Assembly: GCA_041661275.1 (NCBI GenBank)
Contig: JBAZUU010000001.1
Coordinates: 101,057-165,056 of the forward strand
Direction: 5' to 3'
From: Parcubacteria group bacterium
GTDB lineage: Bacteria; Patescibacteriota; Minisyncoccia; Moranbacterales; UBA2206
Length of the DNA stretch: 64,000 bases
The position numbers and the translations under genes were made by a program. Below the pieces are notes generated by a model that saw nothing but the letters and a program-made list of their open reading frames with translations, ran no database searches and was not told where the DNA came from. Positions 1-8,492 of the stretch are shown here, in pieces. How positions within the stretch are numbered: position 1 is the first letter of the stretch; each line of letters starts with the position of its first letter.

Positions 1-85
1 AAGCACGGGCGTCAGAAACAAGGCTAAAAAAGAATAGCAGTAAAGAGATAAAAAATATGACAATATTTTTTTGTTTTGAAATCAT
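1..85 (-). CDS. 5' part of a secreted protein (runs off the window)
   Basis: Manual translation from ATG at 85: MISKQKNIVIFFISLLLFFLAFVSDARA, a signal peptide with an AxA site. Confidence 0.55.
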   Translation of the reverse strand, partial: MISKQKNIVIFFISLLLFFFSLVSDARA

Positions 86-393
86 TTTATAAATAACTAT
101 TTGTAGTAATTGATTGCAAAGGCGATACTCGTGTTATGTTTTTATTATGCCATAAATCCGGATAAATTAGAATAGTTAGTCTTAACTAATAATGCGAAAA
201 TAACAGAAAGACGAAGTAATATTAACCAAATCTACCCCTGTATCAACTCTCCCACCCACTTTAAGTAAAACTCAATATTCGGATAAGTTACACTAAGATT
301 TATTTGTCGATAATAGGACCATTTTGAGAGCAAGCAAATTGAAGGCTTATATAAGCCTTCTTTGTTTAACTATATCATTTTTTAATTAATATC

Positions 394-455
394 TTGACTT
401 TTTGTATCATAAATGATACAATTATAGTATAATTTAGAGTATAAATGATACAATT
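394..455 (+). promoter_or_regulatory. Promoter with overlapping palindromic operator for the Fic/HTH gene
   Basis: TTGACT...TACAAT; palindrome TTGTATCAT-aa-ATGATACAA; half-site AAATGATACAATT repeated just before the ATG. Confidence 0.5.
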
Positions 456-1526
456 ATGCCAATTTATCCCAAATTAAGCGAAAGGCAAGTTGCCATTGTT
501 GATTTTGCCAAGAAGCAGATATCCTTTCAAACAAAGGACGTTTTTTCTGAAACCGGAAAAAAATTCAATGTCAAGCGACTGACTATTGTTCGCGACCTGT
601 CATTTTTAGAAGAAAATGACATATTGAAAAAGCGCGGAAAAGGAAGATCGATAGCATACGAGATTTCCCGGAAATATTTGGCGCTTGAGAAAATCGACAG
701 TAAAAAATATTTCTCTCTCCCTTTTTTAAATAGAAATGCCAAGCCGTTATTTGATGACGAAATTTTTTCTATATTGAATGACGGTCTTTTTTCACCGGAA
801 GAAATAGAAAAGTTGGAAGAAATAAATAAAAGGTATGTCGAAACAAATAGCAAGCTAGCTAAAGAAAGTCCGGTGATTCTTCGAAAAGAATGGGAACGTT
901 TGATAATAGAATTGTCATGGAAGTCTTCAGAAATTGAAGGTAATACTTATACCTTGCTCGAGACCGAGGCGCTCCTTCGCGAAATGCGTTTCGCGAAAGG
1001 TAAGGATAGGGCGGAAGCACAAATGATTTTGAACCATAAAAAAACGCTTGATTTCATTTTGGCGAATTATGATTACTTTGCCAATATCGACCTTGATAAA
1101 ATTATAAAAATCCATGAGATGCTGACGGAAAAAGTGGATATAAAAAAAGATTTTAGAGATCATCCAGTGGGAATCACCGGAACGATTTACCGGCCTTTGC
1201 CTAAAAGAAAAGATATTGAAACGGCTATGAAAAAATTGACGGAAGTTCTTGAGGCGGTAGCAAATCCATATGTCAAATCTTTTATTGTTCTCGTTATGAT
1301 TGCTTATATCCAACCATTTGAAGACGGAAACAAACGCACGTCGCGCATTGTCGCCAATGCCATTTTACATGCCCATGGCAAATCTATGCTATCCTATCGC
1401 AACGTCGACGCAATCGAGTATAAAAAAGCGATGCTTCTTTTTTATGAGCAAAATAATATTTCATATATAAAAGAAATATTCATTGCTCAATTCGAGTTCG
1501 CGGTGAAAAACTATTTTGAACAATAA
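456..1526 (+). CDS. Fic family protein with N-terminal winged HTH
   Basis: SSEIEGN inhibitory-helix motif; Fic-like motif QPFEDGNKRTSR; N-terminal TIVRDLSFL HTH. Confidence 0.9.
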   Translation: MPIYPKLSERQVAIVDFAKKQISFQTKDVFSETGKKFNVKRLTIVRDLSFLEENDILKKRGKGRSIAYEISRKYLALEKIDSKKYFSLPFLNRNAKPLFDDEIFSILNDGLFSPEEIEKLEEINKRYVETNSKLAKESPVILRKEWERLIIELSWKSSEIEGNTYTLLETEALLREMRFAKGKDRAEAQMILNHKKTLDFILANYDYFANIDLDKIIKIHEMLTEKVDIKKDFRDHPVGITGTIYRPLPKRKDIETAMKKLTEVLEAVANPYVKSFIVLVMIAYIQPFEDGNKRTSRIVANAILHAHGKSMLSYRNVDAIEYKKAMLLFYEQNNISYIKEIFIAQFEFAVKNYFEQ

Positions 1527-1567
1527 AAACTATCAGGAACTTGTTGAGCATAAAAAAATCACACAAA

Positions 1568-2179
1568 ATGTTTGGGATAGGAAAAAAAGAACTAAAAATA
1601 TTGAAAAGTCTGAACACTCCCGGAAAGATCCAGGATTTTCTGAATTTGATGCCAATGAATTTCGAGAAAAATGGAGATACCAGCCTTTCTCCTATGTCAG
1701 TTTTGGAAGAAAATACTTGTCATTGTATGGAGGGTGCGGCTCTAGCGGCTTTGGCTCTTCGGATAAATGACTACCCCCCTCTTTTAGTCGATCTTAGAGC
1801 CAACAAGAATGATTTTGACCATGTCATCGCCGTTTTTAAGCGTGACGGCAAGTGGGGTGCCATCTCAAAAACAAACCACGCTGTTCTTCGTTACCGGGAA
1901 CCGATCTACAAATCCATCAGAGAACTGGTCATGAGTTACTTCCATGAATATACGGATGATCATGGAAGAAAAAATTTGAGAAATTTCTCGCGACCCCTGA
2001 ATCTCAAAATTTTTGATAAGCTTGGTTGGATGACAACCAAAGAAGAAATTGACTACATTCCAGAATATCTTGATAAAGTCAGACACTATCCGATTTTAAA
2101 CAGAAAACAAATATGCGGACTCCGAAAGGCAGACGAGATTGAGCGTAAGGCTGGAGATATTATTGAATGGAAAAAATAG
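1568..2179 (+). CDS. Conserved hypothetical protein, transglutaminase/papain-like fold suspected
   Basis: CHCMEGA and DHVIAVF motifs suggest Cys/His catalytic residues; ATG at 1568 preferred over TTG at 1541. Confidence 0.65.
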   Translation: MFGIGKKELKILKSLNTPGKIQDFLNLMPMNFEKNGDTSLSPMSVLEENTCHCMEGAALAALALRINDYPPLLVDLRANKNDFDHVIAVFKRDGKWGAISKTNHAVLRYREPIYKSIRELVMSYFHEYTDDHGRKNLRNFSRPLNLKIFDKLGWMTTKEEIDYIPEYLDKVRHYPILNRKQICGLRKADEIERKAGDIIEWKK

Positions 2180-2208
2180 AGGCCTCTTTTGAGGCCTCTA
2201 TTTTTTTC

Positions 2209-3414
2209 CTAATTCACAAAAGTCAGCGCGATTCCTTTTTGCTCCGCGCGGCCAGTGCGGCCGATGCGGTGGATATAGTCGTCATATGTCGCCGGAAGAT
2301 CAAAATTGATGACATGGCTGACGTTCGGAATATCCAAGCCTCTTGCCGCTACATCAGTGGCAACCAAAATTTCGACAACATTATCCTTGAACATTTTGAG
2401 CGCGCGTTGCCTTTTCGCTTGAGATTTATTACCATGGATACATTCTGATTTGAAACCCTTGAGATGTAAATTTTTTGACAACTTGTCCGCGCCGTGTTTG
2501 GTACGGGTAAAAATCAACACTTTTTGAAATTCCACTTGGTTCAAAAGATCGTGAAGCACTTCCGATTTATCCTTGCCCATAGTCACCCGGACGATATCCT
2601 GGTCAACAAGAGCCGAGGTTTCTCCGGTCTTTATGGAAATGCGTTCTGGATTATTCAGAAATTGTCTTGTCAAATTCTCGATCTCTCTGGAAAACGTAGC
2701 GGAAAAAAGCATCGTCTGTCTTTTTTTGGAGACGAGAGATAAAAATAATTTCACATCCGGCAAAAATCCCATATCAAACATCCGGTCAGCTTCGTCCAAA
2801 ACGATATTATTAAATCCTGATAAATTAAGCACCTTTCGGGTGATCAGATCTTTTAGACGTCCGGGTGTACCGATAACCATATTATGCCGCAATCGGAGTT
2901 CGGAAATTTGTCTTCCGATGTTAGCGCCACCAACAACAACCACGGAATAGAGGCGAAGCGCACGAGCCAAAGCGATAAATTCGTCCTGGATTTGGATAGC
3001 CAGCTCGCGAGTCGGAACAACGATAAGCACTTTTTCCCTTGGGTTCAAAAGTATTTTGTTAATCATCGGGATAAGAAAAGCGGCTGTTTTTCCAGTGCCG
3101 GTATTAGCCAGACCAATAACATCTCGCCCGGAAAGAACTGCCGGAATAGCCATATCCTGGATAGGAGTAGGCGTGACATATCCGCGGTTTTTTATCGTCT
3201 GCTTCAGTTCGCGTCGGATCTCAAGATCATTAAATGTATAACGAGGCACAAAAACTTCGACAGGTTTTAGTGCTTCAGTTTTATTGATAAAACGATTGAT
3301 GTCGATCGCATCGCCAGAAAATCGTCCTCTTTTTGGATGATTGTAACTAGTTCCTGGCGGTCTTTTCCAACCGCTAGCGGCGCGCGCCAAACGCGCGTTG
3401 TTTCTTCTTCTCAT
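2209..3414 (-). CDS. DEAD-box ATP-dependent RNA helicase (RhlE-like)
   Basis: Q motif TPTPIQ, TGTGKT, PTRELA, DEAD, SAT, ARGLD, HRIGRTGR. Confidence 0.95.
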   Translation of the reverse strand: MRRRNNARLARAASGWKRPPGTSYNHPKRGRFSGDAIDINRFINKTEALKPVEVFVPRYTFNDLEIRRELKQTIKNRGYVTPTPIQDMAIPAVLSGRDVIGLANTGTGKTAAFLIPMINKILLNPREKVLIVVPTRELAIQIQDEFIALARALRLYSVVVVGGANIGRQISELRLRHNMVIGTPGRLKDLITRKVLNLSGFNNIVLDEADRMFDMGFLPDVKLFLSLVSKKRQTMLFSATFSREIENLTRQFLNNPERISIKTGETSALVDQDIVRVTMGKDKSEVLHDLLNQVEFQKVLIFTRTKHGADKLSKNLHLKGFKSECIHGNKSQAKRQRALKMFKDNVVEILVATDVAARGLDIPNVSHVINFDLPATYDDYIHRIGRTGRAEQKGIALTFVN

Positions 3415-3619
3415 TTACTTTGTCTCAAGCTCGAAGTCCAACTTTGCACCTTACAATTTTGCGCCGGAGCTTAAACATAAAAATTAATATTTTATGTTTA
3501 TATACTCCGACCATTTCAAGAAAGAAGTATTAACATAAAAAGCAAGTATATCACTCCTGACTCATCTTGTCAAGGCATCGATAGAAAAATCCAAAAAACA
3601 ATGTTAGGATAGGTTTATT

Positions 3620-4888
3620 ATGAACACCAGCAAAAAAGAGGAATATTTTGATATCGTCGTCATCGGTGGCGGGGCGGCCGGGATGATGGCAGCGATAGCT
3701 GCCAGTTTTGATGGCGCAAAAATGGCTCTGATCGAGAAAAATAGGACTCTTGGAAAAAAATTGCTTCTCACTGGCAACGGCCGGTGCAATATCACCCAGA
3801 TTAGTTTCGATACCCGCGGATTTATTGAAAAAATTGGCAAAAATGGCAGATTTCTCTTCTCTTCCCTGGCGGCTTTCGGTCCCAATGAAACAGTGGAATT
3901 TTTTGCCAGTTTAGGCCTTGAAGTGAAAACAGAAAAAAATGGCCGGGTTTTCCCAGCAAGTGACAAAGCGCAGGATGTTCTTCATGTCCTTGAAAAAGCC
4001 CTGAAAAAGAATGGGGTGAAAATTATGTTTAACCATAATGTCCTTGATCTAAAAATAAAAGATAAAAAAATAGAATACGTAGAGCTGGAAAACAAAAAGA
4101 TTTATGCCGATAATTTTATCATTACGACTGGAGGAAAATCATATCCGGTGACCGGCTCCACTGGAGACGGATACCTGTGGCTCGCGCGTATCGGACATAA
4201 AATAAATTCCCCCACTCCCGCTCTTGTGCCTGTAAAAATAGTTGAATCCTGGATCAAGGATCTGCAAGGAATAAGTCTTGCGCAGACTGGAATAAAATTG
4301 ATCCAAAATGGCAAAAAGGTGAAACTGGATCCGGGAGAGATTATTTTCACCCATTTTGGGATGAGCGGACCGGCTATCATTAATGCCAGCAAAACTATTG
4401 GCGAATATCTAAAAAAAGGCAAGGTATTCCTGGAAATTGACCTGCTCCCCACTCTGGGCATAGCCGAACTGGAAGAAAAATTAAAAAAAGACTTTGAGAT
4501 ACATAAGAAAAAAGATCTAAAAAATTATTTATCAGAAATATTTCCACGAAAGTTAGCAGTAAAATTGATAGAACTGTCCGGAATAGAAATTACCAGAAAA
4601 ATTTACACAATTGCAAAATCAGAAAGAAACAACTTGGCCCGACTGATAAAAAATATTTGTGTAACTGTCAACGCGCTTTTGGATTTCGGGAGCGCCATGA
4701 TAACTTCCGGCGGAGTGGATCTAAAAGAAGTTGAACCCAAGACAATGCGTTCAAAGATCGTCCCTAATCTATTTTTAGCCGGAGAAATTTTGGATCTCGA
4801 TGGCCCGACTGGCGGATATAATCTGCAGATCGCCTGGACAACAGGACGCACGGCTGGCATCAGCGCGAGAGACAAAAAAGGCCTCTAA
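3620..4888 (+). CDS. HI0933/YhiN family flavoprotein (NAD(P)/FAD oxidoreductase)
   Basis: GGGAAG, GKKLLLTGNGRCN, FTHFGMSGP, GEILDLDGPTGGYNLQ. Confidence 0.93.
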   Translation: MNTSKKEEYFDIVVIGGGAAGMMAAIAASFDGAKMALIEKNRTLGKKLLLTGNGRCNITQISFDTRGFIEKIGKNGRFLFSSLAAFGPNETVEFFASLGLEVKTEKNGRVFPASDKAQDVLHVLEKALKKNGVKIMFNHNVLDLKIKDKKIEYVELENKKIYADNFIITTGGKSYPVTGSTGDGYLWLARIGHKINSPTPALVPVKIVESWIKDLQGISLAQTGIKLIQNGKKVKLDPGEIIFTHFGMSGPAIINASKTIGEYLKKGKVFLEIDLLPTLGIAELEEKLKKDFEIHKKKDLKNYLSEIFPRKLAVKLIELSGIEITRKIYTIAKSERNNLARLIKNICVTVNALLDFGSAMITSGGVDLKEVEPKTMRSKIVPNLFLAGEILDLDGPTGGYNLQIAWTTGRTAGISARDKKGL

Positions 4889-4910
4889 TAAGCCATGCCA
4901 TAAACATCGC

Positions 4911-4939
4911 TTGACAAATGCCCATAATAGACATATAAT
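4911..4939 (+). promoter_or_regulatory. Sigma-70 promoter of the cold-shock gene
   Basis: TTGACA-17 bp-TATAAT consensus, leaving a 5' UTR of roughly 90 nt. Confidence 0.75.
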
Positions 4940-5039
4940 TGGTTACAAGTCCCAATAAGCATGCAGGTAGAAGACTAGTCGAACTTTTTTGCACAGCTTC
5001 CAATGGTACTAAATTTAATTAAAATATTGTCTATTACAA

Positions 5040-5243
5040 ATGGAACAAGGAACAATCAAAAGACTGACTGACCGAGGATTTGGCTTCATTGCCAGAGAAG
5101 GTCAGGACAAAGATCTTTTTTTCCACTCAAAAGAACTTCAGGGCGTGACCTTTGAAGAACTGCGAGAAGGTGACAAAGTTCAGTTCGAAGTGGCTGAAGG
5201 CCCTAAAGGACCGAACGCTGTCAACGTATCAAAAGTTGCCTAA
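5040..5243 (+). CDS. Cold-shock protein
   Basis: RNP1 RGFGFI, RNP2-like LFFH, GPKGPNAVNV; 67 aa. Confidence 0.95.
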   Translation: MEQGTIKRLTDRGFGFIAREGQDKDLFFHSKELQGVTFEELREGDKVQFEVAEGPKGPNAVNVSKVA

Positions 5244-5262
5244 ACACTTTTGAAGTATTTAA

Positions 5263-5300
5263 CAAAAACCACCCTGTGAAAGCGGGGTGGTTTTTTGTTT
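5263..5300 (+). terminator. Intrinsic terminator after the cold-shock gene
   Basis: AAAAACCACCCTG-tgaaag-CGGGGTGGTTTTTT. Confidence 0.8.
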
Positions 5301-5309
5301 TATTATCTT

Positions 5310-5429
5310 AGGACTCGCGCGTTGACCGCTATTCCAACTTTTCAAAAAGCTAAGCTTTATGGACAAGCCCAGGCATTTCAAAAAGCTTAGCTTTGAGGAA
5401 ATGCTAACGATAGTAGCTGCGCAAATCCT
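5310..5429 (-). repeat. 120-nt imperfect hairpin element, copy 1
   Basis: Similar to 7251-7370; terminal stem pairs fully with G-U on the minus strand. Confidence 0.7.
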
Positions 5430-5455
5430 GTATTGAAAAAATATTCGGGGATTTT

Positions 5456-5956
5456 CTATTTCACCGGAATATTTTTCTCCATTTCTTTTTGAAATTCTTC
5501 CGGATCAGGCATGCTTTCCCGAAAATCCTGTGATTTTTTCTCCCACTCTTCGCTTTCTTTACTAAATTTATCAGCACTTTCCTCTATCTCATTTAGGATC
5601 GAGTTATTATTTATCCGATTATTTATTTCTTTTTTCGCTTCCCTTATTCCCCACCATCCGAGACCAACTACGGCAACTAATATAAGAATGACGATCAAAA
5701 GACATCCGCCGATGATCCACGGCCAAGGACTGCTGGATTTAGGAGGCACAGGAGTTGCTGGCGGCGCAGCTGGCGCGGGCGGGTAATAAACAGGAGGAGG
5801 GGTCGGAGTTGGTTGAGGTGCTGGCGGCGGCATTACTGGAGCTAGTGGTGGAGCGGGCATCGGTTGCGGCGTCATCGGAGCTGGTGCCATCGGTTGAGGA
5901 ACCACTGGCGGTGGCGCCACCGGAGCTGGCGCGGGAGCTTGGTTTTGTTGTTCCAT
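5456..5956 (-). CDS. Proline-rich single-pass membrane protein
   Basis: Pro/Ala-rich N-terminus, TM helix WIIGGCLLIVILILVAVVGLGWW, charged tail. Confidence 0.8.
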   Translation of the reverse strand: MEQQNQAPAPAPVAPPPVVPQPMAPAPMTPQPMPAPPLAPVMPPPAPQPTPTPPPVYYPPAPAAPPATPVPPKSSSPWPWIIGGCLLIVILILVAVVGLGWWGIREAKKEINNRINNNSILNEIEESADKFSKESEEWEKKSQDFRESMPDPEEFQKEMEKNIPVK

Positions 5957-6071
5957 ATTTTTGTTTTTATTATTGCCGTTTACATAGAAAATATAGCATA
6001 AAATTTAATTTTTAAAAATGCCGACTGGTTTTTTATTTGAAAAAATCCGGTTTTTGGCGGATAATGAAGCT

Positions 6072-6419
6072 ATGGAAACAAAACAAAAAATTATCCATTG
6101 GCTGCCGAGAATTTTGAGCTTTGGTTACGTTCTCTTTTTTTCACTCTTCGCGTTTGACGTTTTTAGCGGTCCTTTCAGCTGGACAATGATCCTGGCTTTC
6201 GCTGTCCACCTTCTCCCGTCTTTTCTTCTTCTTATAGCCATCGTTGTTTCCTGGAAATATGATCTTTTTGGTTTTTTTATCTTTTTTGGTTTCGCTGTCG
6301 GATATGTTTTTATGGTCGGCTTTGACCGGCCTTGGAGCTGGTATGCCGCCATCTCCGGCCCCTCGGCCGTTGTCGGGATCCTTTATCTTCTTAGCTGGCG
6401 CCAGAGGAAACATCATTGA
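6072..6419 (+). CDS. Small four-TM membrane protein
   Basis: Four hydrophobic segments; ATG at 6072 (METKQK) likelier than 6018. Confidence 0.7.
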   Translation: METKQKIIHWLPRILSFGYVLFFSLFAFDVFSGPFSWTMILAFAVHLLPSFLLLIAIVVSWKYDLFGFFIFFGFAVGYVFMVGFDRPWSWYAAISGPSAVVGILYLLSWRQRKHH

Positions 6420-6431
6420 AGAATAGATTAT

Positions 6432-6490
6432 TGTTAACGTGTTGACAATAGCATTAACGTATGTTAACATAGTGACAGAGAAGTTAACTA
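6432..6490 (+). promoter_or_regulatory. Promoter/operator of the HTH-Doc operon
   Basis: TTGACA-17 bp-TAACAT overlapped by repeated GTTAAC-like palindromes. Confidence 0.55.
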
Positions 6491-6507
6491 ATATAAAGCC
6501 CTTGTTT

Positions 6508-6765
6508 GTGAGTAAAAATGGCTTTTTTTCAACAACTGAAGCAGCAAAAATACTCGGAATCAGCCGGATTGCCGTGTTTAACCGTGTAAAAAGAGGCTCT
6601 CTGAAAGCTATCCGGATAGGCAAAAACTGGGCAATTCCCAAGGAAGAGCTGGAAAATAATCTGGGTCGTCCGCTAAGCGAGGAGGAAAAACGAATATTGT
6701 TAGAGGGTGTCCGTAAAGTTATTGCCGAATATGGAGAAACTTTGCGGAGACTAGGCAAAGAATAG
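6508..6765 (+). CDS. Excisionase-like HTH protein, probable antitoxin
   Basis: FSTTEAAKILGISRIAV...GKNWAIP (HTH_17-like); 2 bp before doc; GTG start at 6508 inferred. Confidence 0.75.
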   Translation: MSKNGFFSTTEAAKILGISRIAVFNRVKRGSLKAIRIGKNWAIPKEELENNLGRPLSEEEKRILLEGVRKVIAEYGETLRRLGKE

Positions 6766-6767
6766 TT

Positions 6768-7190
6768 ATGATCAAAAGACTGACGATCATCGAAATAGAA
6801 TTCATCGCTCACGCGATGGCCAGGGAAACATTGGCGTGGAACGAACCGATCCCCGACTTTTCAACGCGCTATCCGGGAAAACTGGAAAGTTGCCTGGCGA
6901 TGCCGTTTCAAAAATTTTCCAGAAAAAATTTATATGAAGGTCTTATTGGAAAGGCAGCCATTATGTTCTATCTGATGATTAAAAATCATCCCTTTCAAAA
7001 CGGCAACAAGCGTATCGCGGTCACTACGCTTCTTTTGCTTCTCTACAAAAATGGAAAGTGGATCAGCGCTTCCAATGAAACTTTATATCGGTTCGCTGTT
7101 CTCGTCGCCCAAAGTCCGGCTGAACTGAAAAAAGAAATTGTCATTCTCATTGAAAATTTCTTGGAGAAATATGTGAAAGATGCAAAATAG
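6768..7190 (+). CDS. Death-on-curing (Doc) family toxin
   Basis: Doc motif HPFQNGNKR. Confidence 0.88.
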   Translation: MIKRLTIIEIEFIAHAMARETLAWNEPIPDFSTRYPGKLESCLAMPFQKFSRKNLYEGLIGKAAIMFYLMIKNHPFQNGNKRIAVTTLLLLLYKNGKWISASNETLYRFAVLVAQSPAELKKEIVILIENFLEKYVKDAK

Positions 7191-7250
7191 GGCAGCTGGA
7201 ATTTCAATTAGAGATTAAAAAACCGGCATCGCCGGATTTTTGTGTCTTTA

Positions 7251-7370
7251 AGGACTCGCATGTTTGCCGCTATTTTAGCTTTTCAAAAAAGCTAAGCTTT
7301 AGGGAAAAGCCCCGGCGTTTCAAAAAACTTAGCCTTGAGGAGATGCCAACGGTAACAAACGCACGAGTTC
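7251..7370 (-). repeat. 120-nt imperfect hairpin element, copy 2
   Basis: Similar to 5310-5429, with pairing-preserving changes in the outer stem. Confidence 0.7.
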
Positions 7371-7374
7371 CATT

Positions 7375-7539
7375 TCATTTCCTCCAATCGCTGATTTCCA
7401 ACTTTCCCCTGCCTTTGTCTTTGATGACTAGCTTCTGCTTTTCCTTCCAGCCATATTTTTCCACCATCTCCTTGGGGATGGTCACGGAATAGCTATACAC
7501 GCTGGATTTTTTGAGTTTGATGATGTTTTTTTCTTTCAT
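7375..7539 (-). CDS. AbrB/MazE/SpoVT-like DNA-binding protein (54 aa, absent from the ORF track)
   Basis: Manual translation MKEKNIIKLKKSSVYSYSVTIPKEMVEKYGWKEKQKLVIKDKGRGKLEISDWRK; swapped-hairpin VTIPKE...GW pattern. Confidence 0.8.
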   Translation of the reverse strand: MKEKNIIKLKKSSVYSYSVTIPKEMVEKYGWKEKQKLVIKDKGRGKLEISDWRK

Positions 7540-7733
7540 ATTTTTTATTTTAATTATTTTTTAGAGGCCTCTATAGTTGCTTCTATTTTATCTTACCACC
7601 GCCCGGTTGGGAAATCCAGAAGTGATGAATACTTGAAAAAATTCAAATTTTGACGGATAATACAGCAGCGGGATGGCATTCAACTGGAAATGAATTAACC
7701 CGCCCCTCCTAAATATTATTGTATTAAGTTTAT

Positions 7734-8387
7734 ATGGACGATATTCAGTTGGAAAAATTATTAAAAGATTTAATTTCGCTTCCCCACAATGAAGAAATTT
7801 CCAAAGCATTAAGAAAAGAAGTTAAGATGTACCCCGAAGTTGCCATCCGTGAATTTGTTGCCAACGCGCTTATCCATCAAGATCTTTCGATATCCGGCGC
7901 GGGACCAATGATAGAAATATTTGATAATCGTATAGAAATTACCAATACTGGTGAGCCACTAATTGAGACTGATAGATTTATTGACCACCCGCCTCGCTCT
8001 CGAAATGAAGACATGGCATCTTTTATGCGGCAAGTTGGTGTCTGTGAAGAAGGAGGCACTGGTATCGATCGGGCATTAATTAACATAGCCTTATATCAAT
8101 TACCCGCTCCTAGTTTTGAAAAGTTTGACAACTTCACTAAGATTACCTTGTACGCTCATAAGGATTTAAAAGAAATGACATTGGATGATAAAGTACGCGC
8201 CTGTTTTCAACATTGTGTTTTAAAGCATATTGAAAAATCAAGAATGACAAACGCAACTCTCAGAGAACGACTTGGTATCGGCGAAAAAAATTATCCGGCC
8301 GCCTCCGCAATTATCAAGGCAACAATAAAAAAAGGATTCATTAAAGAATCGGAAAAGCCAAAAGAATATGTTCCAATTTGGGCTTAA
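7734..8387 (+). pseudogene. Internally deleted AlbA_2/RecG-C (HATPase_c_4) family ATP-binding regulator
   Basis: YPEVAIREFVANALIHQD, RIEITNTG, SRN, EEGGTGI and C-terminal HTH present; the AlbA_2 domain appears missing after ISLP. Confidence 0.6.
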
Positions 8388-8492
8388 AAACCATGTAGTG
8401 ATTTTGTCAACTTTATTGCTATTTTACCAAAAAATGCCTTATATATGCCAAATATCATGTAGTAGCCATGTAGCACAATTCAACTAATAACC

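Noticed and set aside
5340-5395. Repeat-spacer-repeat resembling a mini CRISPR (also 7270-7340)
   Set aside because: Only two repeats, the 17-nt spacers of both copies resemble each other, and no cas genes are present
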